A stretch of 64,000 nt of DNA from Bacteroidota bacterium (GTDB lineage: Bacteria > Bacteroidota > Bacteroidia > Palsa-965). Under the pieces are notes generated by a model. It made no database searches. It worked only from the letters and a program-made list of their open reading frames with translations, and was not told the origin of the DNA. The stretch's first letter is position 1; each line of letters opens with the position of its first letter. A program made the position numbers and the translations under genes. Of the stretch, positions 1 to 10,400 are shown piece by piece. The stretch is taken from positions 29,521 to 93,520 of the forward strand of contig JAJTEY010000001.1 in the NCBI GenBank assembly GCA_021299855.1. The letters are read 5' to 3'.

Positions 1-216
1 CACCCACTTTTCCAATACTGCTCCGCGCAATGTTGTGCTAATTTGAGTTAACCGATGCTGCACAAAATCCGGGGTGAACCAACCATTGCTGTTTTTACAG
101 ATGCCGATAACTTCCATCAATCGCTGTTCGGCAGCTGTTGACGGCTGATGTCGAACTACGCGCTCGATCGCTTCTCCTATTTTCACCAATGCACTAATGC
201 GCGATTTCACATCCAT
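1..216 (-). CDS. N-terminal fragment (gene continues past window start) of a probable acyl-CoA reductase (LuxC-like). Translation from the ATG at 216: MDVKSRISALVKIGEAIERVV...NGWFTPDFVQHRLTQISTTL
   Basis: Open reading frame on the minus strand runs from ATG 216..214 to the window edge without a stop. The N-terminal pattern resembles the Bacteroidota acyl-CoA reductases that are often encoded next to a small ferredoxin gene. This is recalled from memory and not verified. Confidence 0.4.
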   Translation of the reverse strand, partial: MDVKSRISALVKIGEAIERVVRHQPSTAAEQRLMEVIGICKNSNGWFTPDFVQHRLTQISTTLRGAVLEKWV

Positions 217-295
217 CTGAACTATTCTTTATCCCGTGTGTTTAACTTTCCGTAAATTTGCGCACAAAATTAACCAAGACTAAACAACAGCAAGT

Positions 296-643
296 ATGGC
301 TATTAAAATAACTGACGAATGCATCAATTGTGGTGCTTGCGAACCGGAATGTCCAAATAACGCAATTTACGAAGGTGGTGCAGAGTGGAGATTTTCTGAT
401 GGCACGTCACTAAAAGGAATGTTTACTTCAAAAACCGGTATTACTGCAGAAGCCGACAGTGCGCAAGCTCCGGTTGCGATGGATGTGTATTACATCGTAA
501 CGGACAAATGCACGGAATGTGTAGGGTTTCACGACGAGCCGCAATGTGCAGCTGTTTGCCCGGTAGATTGTTGTGTGGACGATGAAAACCACAGAGAATC
601 GAAAGAGGAATTATTGGAAAAGAAAAATTCTCTGCACCTGTAA
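296..643 (+). CDS. 4Fe-4S dicluster ferredoxin
   Basis: Two Cys clusters, [12 protein letters not shown] and [22 protein letters not shown], in a 115-aa protein. A hairpin plus T-run follows directly. Confidence 0.85.
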   Translation: MAIKITDECINCGACEPECPNNAIYEGGAEWRFSDGTSLKGMFTSKTGITAEADSAQAPVAMDVYYIVTDKCTECVGFHDEPQCAAVCPVDCCVDDENHRESKEELLEKKNSLHL

Positions 644-661
644 AAGCAAAAACAAATTGGA

Positions 662-689
662 ATGCCACTTTAGGGTGGCATTTTTTTTG
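662..689 (+). terminator. rho-independent terminator after the ferredoxin gene
   Basis: atgccac / gtggcat stem followed by an 8-T run (tttttttt). Confidence 0.6.
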
Positions 690-725
690 ACTGTACTATT
701 TCAGTAATAATTCCGTTATTAAGTT

Positions 726-1646
726 ATGAATCGTATCCTACTGTCACTAATCCTCGTTATGTTGCTTGGCTTGCAATTGCCTGCATTGACGCTGAAGCAG
801 GCCGAAGATTCATTAAAGAAAATCGGACCTCGCTGTTTTAAAGGTTCTGATCAGGAAAAAGCCCTTGCGTGCGAACAGTTCGGAAATCTGTTACACCAAG
901 CATTAGAACTGGATGGTGCGTTTAATTATCCGTTTGATTCGCTGAAATTTATCGCCCGCCTTACTGCTCCCGACAATGCTTTTCGTATATTCAATTGGAA
1001 TCTTCCATATGCCGATGGTACACACAAATACTTCGGATTTATTCTCGTAGATGAACAAAAGGTCCGCGCGAAACTTCCTCCTAATGCGAAACGATTCGTT
1101 TTATACACGTTAACGGACAAATCTGCGGAAATACGAAACCCTGAATTATCCGAACTTTCACCGGAAAAATGGTATGGAGCGTTGTACTATAAAATTATTC
1201 TCAGCACGCATAAAAAGAAGAAATACTATACGCTTTTGGGCTGGGATGGAAACAATAATCAATCGTGGAAAAAACTGATTGATGTGATCACTTTCAACAA
1301 GTCGGGAAAACTCATTTTCGGAGAAGAGCTCTTATTTCACCGTGATCGTCGTTCTTCCCGACGTGTCATTTTTGAATTCAAAGCGGAAGTTATCATGGCT
1401 TTGAAATATGAAGACGATAAAAAGCGTATTGTTTTCGACCGATTAGCGCCTGAAGTAAGCGGAGCTGAAGGCATGTACCAGTTTTACTCGCAAACATTCG
1501 AGTACGATTCTTATGTTTTCAAAAGGGGGAAATGGCAATTCGTTGCGGATGCTGATGCGAAGAATAATAAAGACCGAAAAGACAAGCTGTATCGGGATCC
1601 CAACAACCAGGACGCTCCGAAAAACGATGGCTTAAAGAAACAGTAG
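726..1646 (+). CDS. hypothetical secreted protein (N-terminal signal peptide)
   Basis: 306-aa ORF with a hydrophobic N-terminus, LLSLILVMLLGLQLPALT. The C-terminal tail is K/D-rich. No family recognised. Confidence 0.55.
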   Translation: MNRILLSLILVMLLGLQLPALTLKQAEDSLKKIGPRCFKGSDQEKALACEQFGNLLHQALELDGAFNYPFDSLKFIARLTAPDNAFRIFNWNLPYADGTHKYFGFILVDEQKVRAKLPPNAKRFVLYTLTDKSAEIRNPELSELSPEKWYGALYYKIILSTHKKKKYYTLLGWDGNNNQSWKKLIDVITFNKSGKLIFGEELLFHRDRRSSRRVIFEFKAEVIMALKYEDDKKRIVFDRLAPEVSGAEGMYQFYSQTFEYDSYVFKRGKWQFVADADAKNNKDRKDKLYRDPNNQDAPKNDGLKKQ

Positions 1647-1742
1647 GTATTATTGCTTCAACGAAAAGTTTTCACCTTTCTTCATTTGTAGATTTTAAGA
1701 GCTTTTTTCCTGTAATTTCGGGCAAGAATTTTTTCTCCGAAC

Positions 1743-2819
1743 ATGAAAAAAGTACACAACTTCAGCGCAGGTCCCGGAATCCTTCCTGCAGAGGTGTTGC
1801 AGCAAGCAGCTGACGCCTGTATCAATTTTGATAATCTTAATCTTTCCTTGCTGGAAATCTCGCACCGCAGCAAAAATTTTGAAGCGGTAATTGATGAATC
1901 GCGCGAGCTGGTGAAAGAATTACTTGGTGTTGGCGCCGGCTGGCAGGTTTTGTTTCTGGGTGGCGGAGCATCTCAACAATTTGCAATGGTGCCATATAAT
2001 CTATTGCGAGAAAACGGCTCAGCAGCATATGTAAACACCGGTGTTTGGGCATCCAAAGCCATTAAAGAAGCAAAGATTTTAGGTAACACCAAAGTGATTG
2101 CGTCTTCCGAAGACAAGCAGTTCGGATATATTCCAAAAGGCTATGAAATTCCTACGGATGCTGATTACCTGCACATCACATCTAACAATACAATATACGG
2201 AACGCAGATGAAGTCGTTCCCAAAATCGTCTATTCCTGTAGTGTGCGATATGTCTTCTGACATTTTCAGTAAGCCGGTTGACGGTAATCAGTTTGCATTG
2301 ATTTACGCGGGTGCACAAAAAAACATGGGACCTGCAGGAGCAACAATGGTGGCCGTTCGTGAAGATATTTTAGGGAAAACCGAACGCAAAATGTTGTCCA
2401 TGATGGATTATCGGGTACACATCAAAGGAGGAACCATGTACAATACGCCTCCCGTATTTCCGATATACGTTGTTATGTTAACGTTGCGTTGGTTGAAAAA
2501 GAACGGCGGATTAATGTGGATTGAAGGTGTCAACAATGCAAAAGCGAAATTGATGTACGATGAAATTGATCGCAATTCTTTGTTCAAAGGAACTGTGATC
2601 AATCCGGAAGATCGTTCCAATATGAATGCAACTTTCGTAATGACAAAACCCGAATTGGAACCTGAGTTTGACAAGATGTGGAAAGCTGCTGATATCAGCG
2701 GAATTCGCGGACATCGTGATGTTGGTGGTTATCGGGCTTCATTATACAACGCACTGCCATTGGAAAGTGTGCAGGCTCTGGTAGATGTTATGCAAGCATT
2801 CGAAAAACAATACGCTTAA
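1743..2819 (+). CDS. serC: phosphoserine aminotransferase
   Basis: N-terminus MKKVHNFSAGPGILP, the length, and a PLP-fold class-V pattern typical of SerC. It lies upstream of serA. Confidence 0.9.
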   Translation: MKKVHNFSAGPGILPAEVLQQAADACINFDNLNLSLLEISHRSKNFEAVIDESRELVKELLGVGAGWQVLFLGGGASQQFAMVPYNLLRENGSAAYVNTGVWASKAIKEAKILGNTKVIASSEDKQFGYIPKGYEIPTDADYLHITSNNTIYGTQMKSFPKSSIPVVCDMSSDIFSKPVDGNQFALIYAGAQKNMGPAGATMVAVREDILGKTERKMLSMMDYRVHIKGGTMYNTPPVFPIYVVMLTLRWLKKNGGLMWIEGVNNAKAKLMYDEIDRNSLFKGTVINPEDRSNMNATFVMTKPELEPEFDKMWKAADISGIRGHRDVGGYRASLYNALPLESVQALVDVMQAFEKQYA

Positions 2820-2835
2820 AATTCAGCAAGACAGT

Positions 2836-3789
2836 ATGAGTAAGAAAATTCTAGCCAACGACGGCATTGATGAGAAAGGAAAAGAATTGTTGGAAGCAGC
2901 CGGATTTACGGTTATCACCGAAAAAGTTGCACAAGATCAACTGATTACCGCAATCAATGCTCACAACTATGTTGGATTAACTGTTCGAAGCGCCACACAG
3001 GTTCGCAAGGATTTAATCGATGCATGCCCGAAGCTTAAAGTAATTGCGCGTGGCGGTGTGGGCATGGATAATATTGACGTTGATTATGCGGTGTCCAAAG
3101 GAATTAAGGTAATCAACACTCCCGCAGCTTCTTCACACAGTGTGGCAGAACTCGTGTTTGCACATTTGTTTGGTGTTGCCCGTTTCCTTCATGATGCCAA
3201 TCGTCAAATGCCGGTTAAAGGCAATACTGAATTTGATGCACTCAAGAAAAAATACAGCAAAGGCGCAGAATTGAATGGTAAAACCATTGGCATCATTGGC
3301 TTTGGCAGAATCGGACAAGCGGTTGCCAAAATCGCGCTGGGTCTGGGAATGAAAGTTTTAGCTCATGATCCTTTTTTACAAGAAGCTCTGCTCGAAATCG
3401 AAATAGAAGGTGCAGAATTACCCGTTCGCATACGCGTGGTTACACAACCGATAGATCGTGTATTGGAGAAAGCCGATTTTATCAGCGTGCATGTCCCGGG
3501 AGGAAAAATGATTGGTGCAGATCAAATTGCCATGATGAAAAAAGGTGTGGTATTAGTAAATGCTGCGCGTGGTGGTGTAATTGATGAACATGAATTAATG
3601 GAAGCGTTAAACAGTGGAAAAGTGGCCCATGCGTGTTTGGATGTTTTCGTTAATGAACCAAATCCGAATGAAAGTGTTTTAAAGCACGAAAAGATTTCTT
3701 TAACGCCGCACATCGGAGCTTCTACTGAAGAAGCACAAGAGCGCATCGGTGTGGAGTTAGCAGAGAAAGTGATAGCAGCATTAAGTTAA
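2836..3789 (+). CDS. serA: D-3-phosphoglycerate dehydrogenase (short form, D-isomer-specific 2-hydroxyacid dehydrogenase family)
   Basis: NAD-binding motif GIIGFGRIGQAVA and the catalytic region of 2-hydroxyacid dehydrogenases. The likely start is the ATG at 2836 (MSKKILANDG). The track ORF starts at 2785 and overlaps serC. Confidence 0.85.
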   Translation: MSKKILANDGIDEKGKELLEAAGFTVITEKVAQDQLITAINAHNYVGLTVRSATQVRKDLIDACPKLKVIARGGVGMDNIDVDYAVSKGIKVINTPAASSHSVAELVFAHLFGVARFLHDANRQMPVKGNTEFDALKKKYSKGAELNGKTIGIIGFGRIGQAVAKIALGLGMKVLAHDPFLQEALLEIEIEGAELPVRIRVVTQPIDRVLEKADFISVHVPGGKMIGADQIAMMKKGVVLVNAARGGVIDEHELMEALNSGKVAHACLDVFVNEPNPNESVLKHEKISLTPHIGASTEEAQERIGVELAEKVIAALS

Positions 3790-3810
3790 CCGCGATTAGC
3801 AATTTATACT

Positions 3811-5064
3811 GTGGCTAAAATTATTCCATTCCGAGGTATTCGTCCTGTGCGCGACAAGGTGCATCTGGTGGCATCGCGTTCTGTGGATAATTACGGTCGC
3901 AATGATCTGGCAGAAAAACTTAGAGGGAATCCGTATACGTTTCTTCATGTTATCAATCCCGATTTTTCGGAAGGTAAACGAAGTAAACCGGGAACTCTGG
4001 ATCGCCTGAAAAAAGTTCGCAACAAGTATTTGCAATTTCGAAACGAAGGTATTTTTCTGCGCGATCAAACTCCGACTTATTATCTCTATCAACAGATTAA
4101 GTTAGGTCATACGTATACCGGAATTATTGCTTGCACATCAATAGATGAATACTTCAACGGCACAATTCGTGTTCATGAACAAACGTTGACCGACCGGGAA
4201 CGCAAACTGCAGGAATATCTGGACGTGTGTGAGTTCAACGCCGAACCTGTATTGTTCTGTTATCCGGATCATGAAGGAATAACAGCTATCATTGATAAGC
4301 ACCTGGCACAACGCGAAGAATACGATTTTACTACAACCGATAAAGTCCGTCACCGTTTATGGCTCATCGACAGTGAACAAGACGTGCATGCCATGGAAGA
4401 ATACTTCGGTGATATTTCCGCGGTATATATTGCAGACGGGCATCATCGCTCTGCTTCATCTGCGCGCTTAGGAAAAGATCGCCGACAACGTGATGGCATG
4501 TTTTCAGGTAATGAACCTTACAACTATTACTTGGGCGTATTTTTTCCGGAATCACAACTCAAGATTTTCGATTTTAATCGCGTCGTCAAAGACTTGAACG
4601 GTTTATCTACAGAAGAATTTATTTCGGCGATACAGAATGATTTTGAAGTTAATAGACACGGAGACAACATTTTTAAACCTCAGCAAAAGCACGTGTTCAG
4701 CATGTATTTGGAGAATGCGTGGTACGAACTGCGATTGTTGCCCGGACGTGTGAACGATGCAGAACCGGTGAATTCTCTGGACGCTTTCTTGTTGAGTAAA
4801 TATATTTTGACACCTGTATTGGGTATTGAAGATTTGAAAACCGATAATCGTGTGGGATTTGTTTCCGGCATTAAAGGCGCAGATGAACTTAAAAATCAGG
4901 TGGATCACTGGAAGTTTAAGGTTGCTTTTGGTTTATATCCCGTGCAAATGCAGGAACTGAAGCACATTGCCGATACCAGCAACATCATGCCGCCGAAGAC
5001 AACTTGGGTTGAACCCAAAATGCGCAGTGGTCTTGTTATTTTCCCGTTAGACGAAGCATTATAA
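3811..5064 (+). CDS. DUF1015 family protein
   Basis: N-terminus MAKIIPFRGIRP and a 417-aa length are typical of DUF1015. Its position immediately downstream of serC-serA is conserved in Bacteroidota. Confidence 0.75.
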   Translation: MAKIIPFRGIRPVRDKVHLVASRSVDNYGRNDLAEKLRGNPYTFLHVINPDFSEGKRSKPGTLDRLKKVRNKYLQFRNEGIFLRDQTPTYYLYQQIKLGHTYTGIIACTSIDEYFNGTIRVHEQTLTDRERKLQEYLDVCEFNAEPVLFCYPDHEGITAIIDKHLAQREEYDFTTTDKVRHRLWLIDSEQDVHAMEEYFGDISAVYIADGHHRSASSARLGKDRRQRDGMFSGNEPYNYYLGVFFPESQLKIFDFNRVVKDLNGLSTEEFISAIQNDFEVNRHGDNIFKPQQKHVFSMYLENAWYELRLLPGRVNDAEPVNSLDAFLLSKYILTPVLGIEDLKTDNRVGFVSGIKGADELKNQVDHWKFKVAFGLYPVQMQELKHIADTSNIMPPKTTWVEPKMRSGLVIFPLDEAL

Positions 5065-5072
5065 CCGCGCTT

Positions 5073-5726
5073 ATGAAATCGGTTGCAAAAAACATAGCGG
5101 AATTCAAAAAACAATTGCCTGATCATGTTACGTTGGTTGCTGTTTCCAAAACAAAACCGGTAGCACTCATTGAAGATGCATATTCCGCTGGTCAGCGCGA
5201 TTTCGGAGAAAATAAAGTACAGGAACTAACAGCAAAAATTCCCGTTTTACCAGCGGATATTCGTTGGCACTTAATTGGTCATTTGCAAACCAATAAAGTC
5301 AAATATATCGCAGACGCAGTGCATCTGATTCATGCGGTGGATAGCGAAAATTTATTAGCTGAAATTAACAAACAAGCCGTTAAGCATAACAAAACTATAA
5401 GTGTGCTGTTGCAATTGCACATTGCGAAAGAAGAGACAAAATTTGGATTAAGCGAGCAGGAACTGCATGATTTGTTAAACGCTCAGGCGAAAGGAATTTT
5501 CCCAAATGTGAAGATCAAGGGATTAATGGGCATGGCCACCAACACGGAAGATGAACAATTAATTCGAAGTGAATTTCGTTCGTTGCGCAAACTATTCGAA
5601 GCCACAAAAACAAACGAATGGGATACATTGAGCATGGGCATGAGCAGTGACTGGAAAATCGCCATTGAAGAAGGCAGTACCATGATTCGTATCGGAAGCG
5701 CGCTCTTCGGAGAACGTCATTATTAA
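5073..5726 (+). CDS. yggS: YggS-family pyridoxal-phosphate homeostasis protein
   Basis: 217 aa with LVAVSKTKP (the PLP-binding lysine) and a HxIGxLQxNK-like motif (HLIGHLQTNKVKYI). Confidence 0.85.
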   Translation: MKSVAKNIAEFKKQLPDHVTLVAVSKTKPVALIEDAYSAGQRDFGENKVQELTAKIPVLPADIRWHLIGHLQTNKVKYIADAVHLIHAVDSENLLAEINKQAVKHNKTISVLLQLHIAKEETKFGLSEQELHDLLNAQAKGIFPNVKIKGLMGMATNTEDEQLIRSEFRSLRKLFEATKTNEWDTLSMGMSSDWKIAIEEGSTMIRIGSALFGERHY

Positions 5727-5738
5727 AAATGTACTAAC

Positions 5739-6692
5739 GTGCTATCCGGAGAACTCGCCGCAGTTTTAACCACTTTAATTTGGAGTGTCGGTGTTTTCCC
5801 ATTTACAGCAGCCACTGCGCGTTGGGGCGCTCATGCAGTAAATTTCTTCCGCCTGGTTGCTGCTGTAATTTTACTTGCTGTAACGTTACTCTTTTATTAT
5901 GGGTTTACACCGGTTGAGTTATTCGTACTTCCCGAACCGCAACAATGGCTCTGGCTGGGCATGTCAGGAATAATCGGACTAACTGTTGGCGACTATTTTG
6001 CATTTCGCTCCTTTCATTTACTCGGTCCACGTTTGTCAACAGCGTTTACCACCTTAAGTCCAATTGCTGCATTTTTCTTTGCATTGCTATTTGTCCATGA
6101 AGACATAAACATTTGGGGCATCATTGGAATGACCATAACCGTTGGAGCATTGGTGTTATTGAGTTTATCAAAAAATGACGCCACGTTGAATAATATTCCC
6201 GAGCATGAAAAAAAGTTGGGATTGTTGTTCGCCGTCCTCGCTCCTGTTTGTCAAGGAATTGGATTGGTGATGAGTCGTAAGGCATTCTTAGAAACCGAAT
6301 CATTTGAATTAATGCCCATGCACGCCGCGTGGATACGAATGTTGGTAGGCGCATTAAGTTTATATGCATTCTCTTTAGTGACAGGAACCATAAAAGAACC
6401 TCATCGTATAATTTTCACCAATCGCAACAAGGGATTGTTACCGGCTTTAGGTGGCGCTTTTTTCGGTCCGTATTTAGGAATGATATTTTCCATGTATGCC
6501 ATTAGTCTTATTGATGCATCTGTGGCACAAACTATTTTTGGTCAGGTTCCGGTTGTTGTGCTCTTATTAGCAGCCTGGTGGCATAAAGAACGCATTTCAT
6601 GGTTCAGTATTTTGGTTACACTACTTAGCATTGGTGGAGTTGTTATGATGGTTTGGCGGGATGACATTCAAAAACTCCTATTTCCGCATTAA
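5739..6692 (+). CDS. DMT/EamA-family membrane transporter
   Basis: About 10 predicted transmembrane segments in a duplicated EamA-like architecture. Confidence 0.65.
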   Translation: MLSGELAAVLTTLIWSVGVFPFTAATARWGAHAVNFFRLVAAVILLAVTLLFYYGFTPVELFVLPEPQQWLWLGMSGIIGLTVGDYFAFRSFHLLGPRLSTAFTTLSPIAAFFFALLFVHEDINIWGIIGMTITVGALVLLSLSKNDATLNNIPEHEKKLGLLFAVLAPVCQGIGLVMSRKAFLETESFELMPMHAAWIRMLVGALSLYAFSLVTGTIKEPHRIIFTNRNKGLLPALGGAFFGPYLGMIFSMYAISLIDASVAQTIFGQVPVVVLLLAAWWHKERISWFSILVTLLSIGGVVMMVWRDDIQKLLFPH

Positions 6693-6701
6693 CTTTGCAG
6701 C

Positions 6702-7253
6702 ATGGCAAAAAAAACTTCCGAAGAAGACGACAACAAAATTGAACCGTTTTATCACGAATCTGAAAATTTTAGAAGTGCATATTTCGGAGAAGTTCCCGAG
6801 CAGTTAATAGGAACACCTCAGCCCGGGGAAGACAAAAAATTGTTTTCCACGTTTTTAGGTTTATTGCAGGGCAACACAACACCCGAAGTACGTCGTGAAA
6901 TGTTGGAAATTTTGCGAAAGAACAACGCCCAGCAATTAATCATCGATTTATTAGAGAATCCGGCATATTCGAAGTATAAAAAGGAACTTTTGGTAGTTGC
7001 CTGGGAATCCGGCTTGGCATTTCACGCGCACCTGCTGAATATTGTAAAACATGCTTTAGAAGGCGATTACGCCTGTACTTTGGAAGGGCTTACGGTTATT
7101 GAACAGATCGAAGAAATTACAGATATTAATCAGCTGGATCTTTCTCTTGATCTTTTAAAAGCACAACCTAAATCGGAGAAGTCGCCACTTATCGATCTGA
7201 TGCAACATCACCTTCAGAGAATAAAATTCAATTTGTCGACACCCAACGGCTAA
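6702..7253 (+). CDS. hypothetical cytoplasmic protein
   Basis: 183-aa ORF packed directly after the transporter gene. No family recognised. Confidence 0.45.
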   Translation: MAKKTSEEDDNKIEPFYHESENFRSAYFGEVPEQLIGTPQPGEDKKLFSTFLGLLQGNTTPEVRREMLEILRKNNAQQLIIDLLENPAYSKYKKELLVVAWESGLAFHAHLLNIVKHALEGDYACTLEGLTVIEQIEEITDINQLDLSLDLLKAQPKSEKSPLIDLMQHHLQRIKFNLSTPNG

Positions 7254-7466
7254 TTGTCGAAAAGTTAATCATTCGATAAACATTAGGATTTAAATTGTGC
7301 TTTCAAAGTTTGGCATAAACTATTTTGGACTAGGTTGTTAATAACTAGTTAATAAAGGTGACTTATTAACTAAACATTAACACGGTGTTCTTAAATCGTT
7401 GTATTCTAAGTAATTTTCAACCGTTTTAGAGAATTAAAAGGAAAAACTAATTCAAACAACACACAA

Positions 7467-10400
7467 ATGAAAAATCGATACTCGAGTGTAATGTCAGGAA
7501 TTTGGACTAACTTAAAATTATTTATTGCTGGTGCAGGCATTTTGATGGGTATGCAGGGTAATGCACAAGTATCTACTTACACCTTCTCACAAACGTCAGG
7601 CACGTATAGCCCAATTAGTGGCGGTACAGTATTGGGAGCTCCCACCAATGACGACACCAGCTTCCCTACCAACCCAATTGGTTTCACTTTTTGGTTTAAC
7701 GGGGTCGCGTATTCAACGTTTAGCGTTAACTCTAACGGCTTTATTGCTTTAGGGGGAGCAGTTAATAGTTCCTACACAGCAATCAGCGCGGGAACCTCAA
7801 ACAATATTATTGCGGCTTTAAATGCTGACTTGCAAGGAGAACCTACTACCGGAGATTTGCGATATCAGACCATCGGTTCTTTCCCGAATAGAACGTTGGT
7901 AGTTCAATGGTCGAATTATGATAGATTCTCGAGTACAACAAACACGGATGTTTATAATTTTCAAATACGTTTGCAAGAAACTTCAAATACTGTTGATGTA
8001 GTTTATGGATCGAACTCATCCACTCAGGTTGCTGCACTTTCACAGGTTGGCTTGCGGGGAAATTCATCGGCAGATTTTAATAACCGTGAAGTGGTAAACG
8101 GTGTTCAAACGTGGAGCACATCTATCTCCGGAGCAAGCAATGCGGCTTCTTGTGAAATGAATCCAACGTTAGCGCCGGCGAGCGGACAAACATATACATG
8201 GACTCCTCCTGCCGGCCCTTCTGCACCTACAAGTATCTCGTTCACAGCGGTTAGTCAGACAGGAATGACTGTCAATTGGATTGATAATTCAACAACGGAA
8301 GCTCAATTCTTTGTTGAGCGCTCATTGGACAACATTACCTTCGTTCCTGCCGGAACGGTTGTTTCGACGAGTACAACTTCCACCGGCACGAGTTATAATT
8401 TGGTTCAAACCGGATTATTGTCCAACACGTTGTATTATTATCGTGTTTATGCGGTAGCGGTTACTCCATCAGGACCACTTTCAGGACAACAAGCGACTTT
8501 ACCGGGCACGTTGTGTGGAACGTTCAGTGTTGGACCAACAGGTGCTTATCCGTCATTGACAGCTGCATTCGCTGCTGTTGCTGCAAACGGTGTGATTTGC
8601 CCATTAGTATTCGACTTACAGCCAGCTTATGTAAGCACTGTAGAAACGTTCCCTCTTACTATTCCATTTTTGGGTAACAGTACTGCCAATACGATTACAG
8701 TTCGCCCACAACTAGGTGCAACGAATTTGTCGATAAGCAGTAATGCCGTACAAACCATCAATTTTAATGGTGCACAAAATATTGTGTTTGATGGTCGTCC
8801 GGGTTCAACAGGAACAATAATTCAATTGACATTAGCGAATACATCAACATTCGGTGCTGTAGTGCAAGTGGGTGGGGACGCTGCCAATATTGGGTTAAAT
8901 TACGTTAACGTGCGTTCGGTAAATACCGGTACAACGATTGGCGCTGTTCAGTATACTGCTCCTGCTTCTATCACAGGATCAACAGGTCACTATATCACCA
9001 ACTGCGACTTCGCAAACGGAGCCACTAATCCACAGCAGTATGTGTTCTCAAGTAATACGTTAGCCAATTCATACATTTCTTCTGTTACCATTAGTAATAA
9101 TCGTTTCCGAGATTGGTTTAATGCTACAAGTCAGAATGCTGCAGTAAATCTTGGCGGCAATATTCGAGACTGGACGATCAGCAATAACAGCTTCTACCAG
9201 AGTGCAACGCGCACCTTCACTGCAGGTGCCACACATTACGGCATTTTAATTTCAGGTTCAACTGCAGGTTCGGGAGGTCACAATATCTCCGGAAACTTTA
9301 TCGGAGGAACTGCACCTAATTGCGGAGGCACTCCATGGACTATTGCCGGAACTATTGCAAATCGTTTTGTTGCAATTTCTGTTAATGGTAACAGTACAGG
9401 CAATCCGAATGCAACAAGTATGCAGGGAAATACTATTACTAATTTCAACCTGACGACCAGCAGCGGAGCAACAACTAGCCCCGGTATTTTCTGCGGTATA
9501 CAAGCTTTGGGTACAACGCATAATCTGAATATAGGTAACGTATCACCTAACATTATTGGTTCGGTTACAACTGCTAATGCTATCACAACATCAAGTTCTA
9601 CAGCCGGCGGATTGGTAATGGGAATCGTAAACACTTCTAATGGTGCAGTTGTGATTAATAACAACCTTATTGGCGGTTTTACGGTCAATACTTCTTCACC
9701 TACCATCTCATCCAGTTTCACCGGTATTCAGACGGGTACTGCGGTTCCGGGAACAATTTCTAATAACATCGTTGGAAGTACTACCGTTCCTAACAGCATC
9801 ATCACTGCTGCATCTACAGCGACAACAGCCGGTATTGTCATGGGAATCAACAGTACGAGCGGTAACTTCATCAATATTACCAACAACACTGTTATGAATC
9901 TTACTAACCAGTATGCAGGTGCTTCAACAACTGCAGTAGTAAGAGGAATATATTCAAGCGCCGGAGTTACCACGATAACCGGTAATACCGTGCGAAATCT
10001 CTCGTCTCTCGCCCCAAACATAAGCACAGGTATTAACGCATCAGTGCAAGGTATATCGTTAAGCACGTTTACTATAGGATCTCACGTAGTAAATAACAAT
10101 ATCATAAATACCCTTGCTAATGGTTCTTCATCCGGCAACGTAATGGTTAGTGGTATTACCGTTTTGGGTTCCACAAGTACTTTATTGAATGCGACCGTGG
10201 CATATAATAATATCTCAGCATTAGGTGCGCCACTCACCAGTGGAACGGCAACGATTTATGGTATAAATTTGATTGGTAATCCCTCACGTGTTTTCAATAA
10301 CTTCGTTAATCTTGGTTCAGATATTACAGGCTCACCTATTACAGTGCCAAACAGCTTTATTGGAATTAATAAAGAAACAACGGCACCATCGGCAGTCAAC

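Noticed and set aside
441-668. 75-aa minus-strand ORF overlapping the ferredoxin gene
   Set aside because: It overlaps a clear 2x[4Fe-4S] ferredoxin completely and has no supporting features.
2785-2835. serA start at 2785, overlapping serC by 35 nt
   Set aside because: The ATG at 2836 gives the typical MSKKIL N-terminus and removes the overlap.
7254-7466. TTAATAA-CTAG-TTAATAA element upstream of the giant gene, considered as a possible palindromic operator
   Set aside because: It is a direct repeat rather than an inverted one. It is AT-rich promoter DNA, with no clear sigma or operator consensus that I can assert.
9278-10066. Long antisense ORFs (147 aa, 112 aa) inside the giant adhesin gene
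   Set aside because: They are antisense to a strongly supported coding frame. Repetitive Gly/Thr/Asn codons generate stop-free antisense frames.
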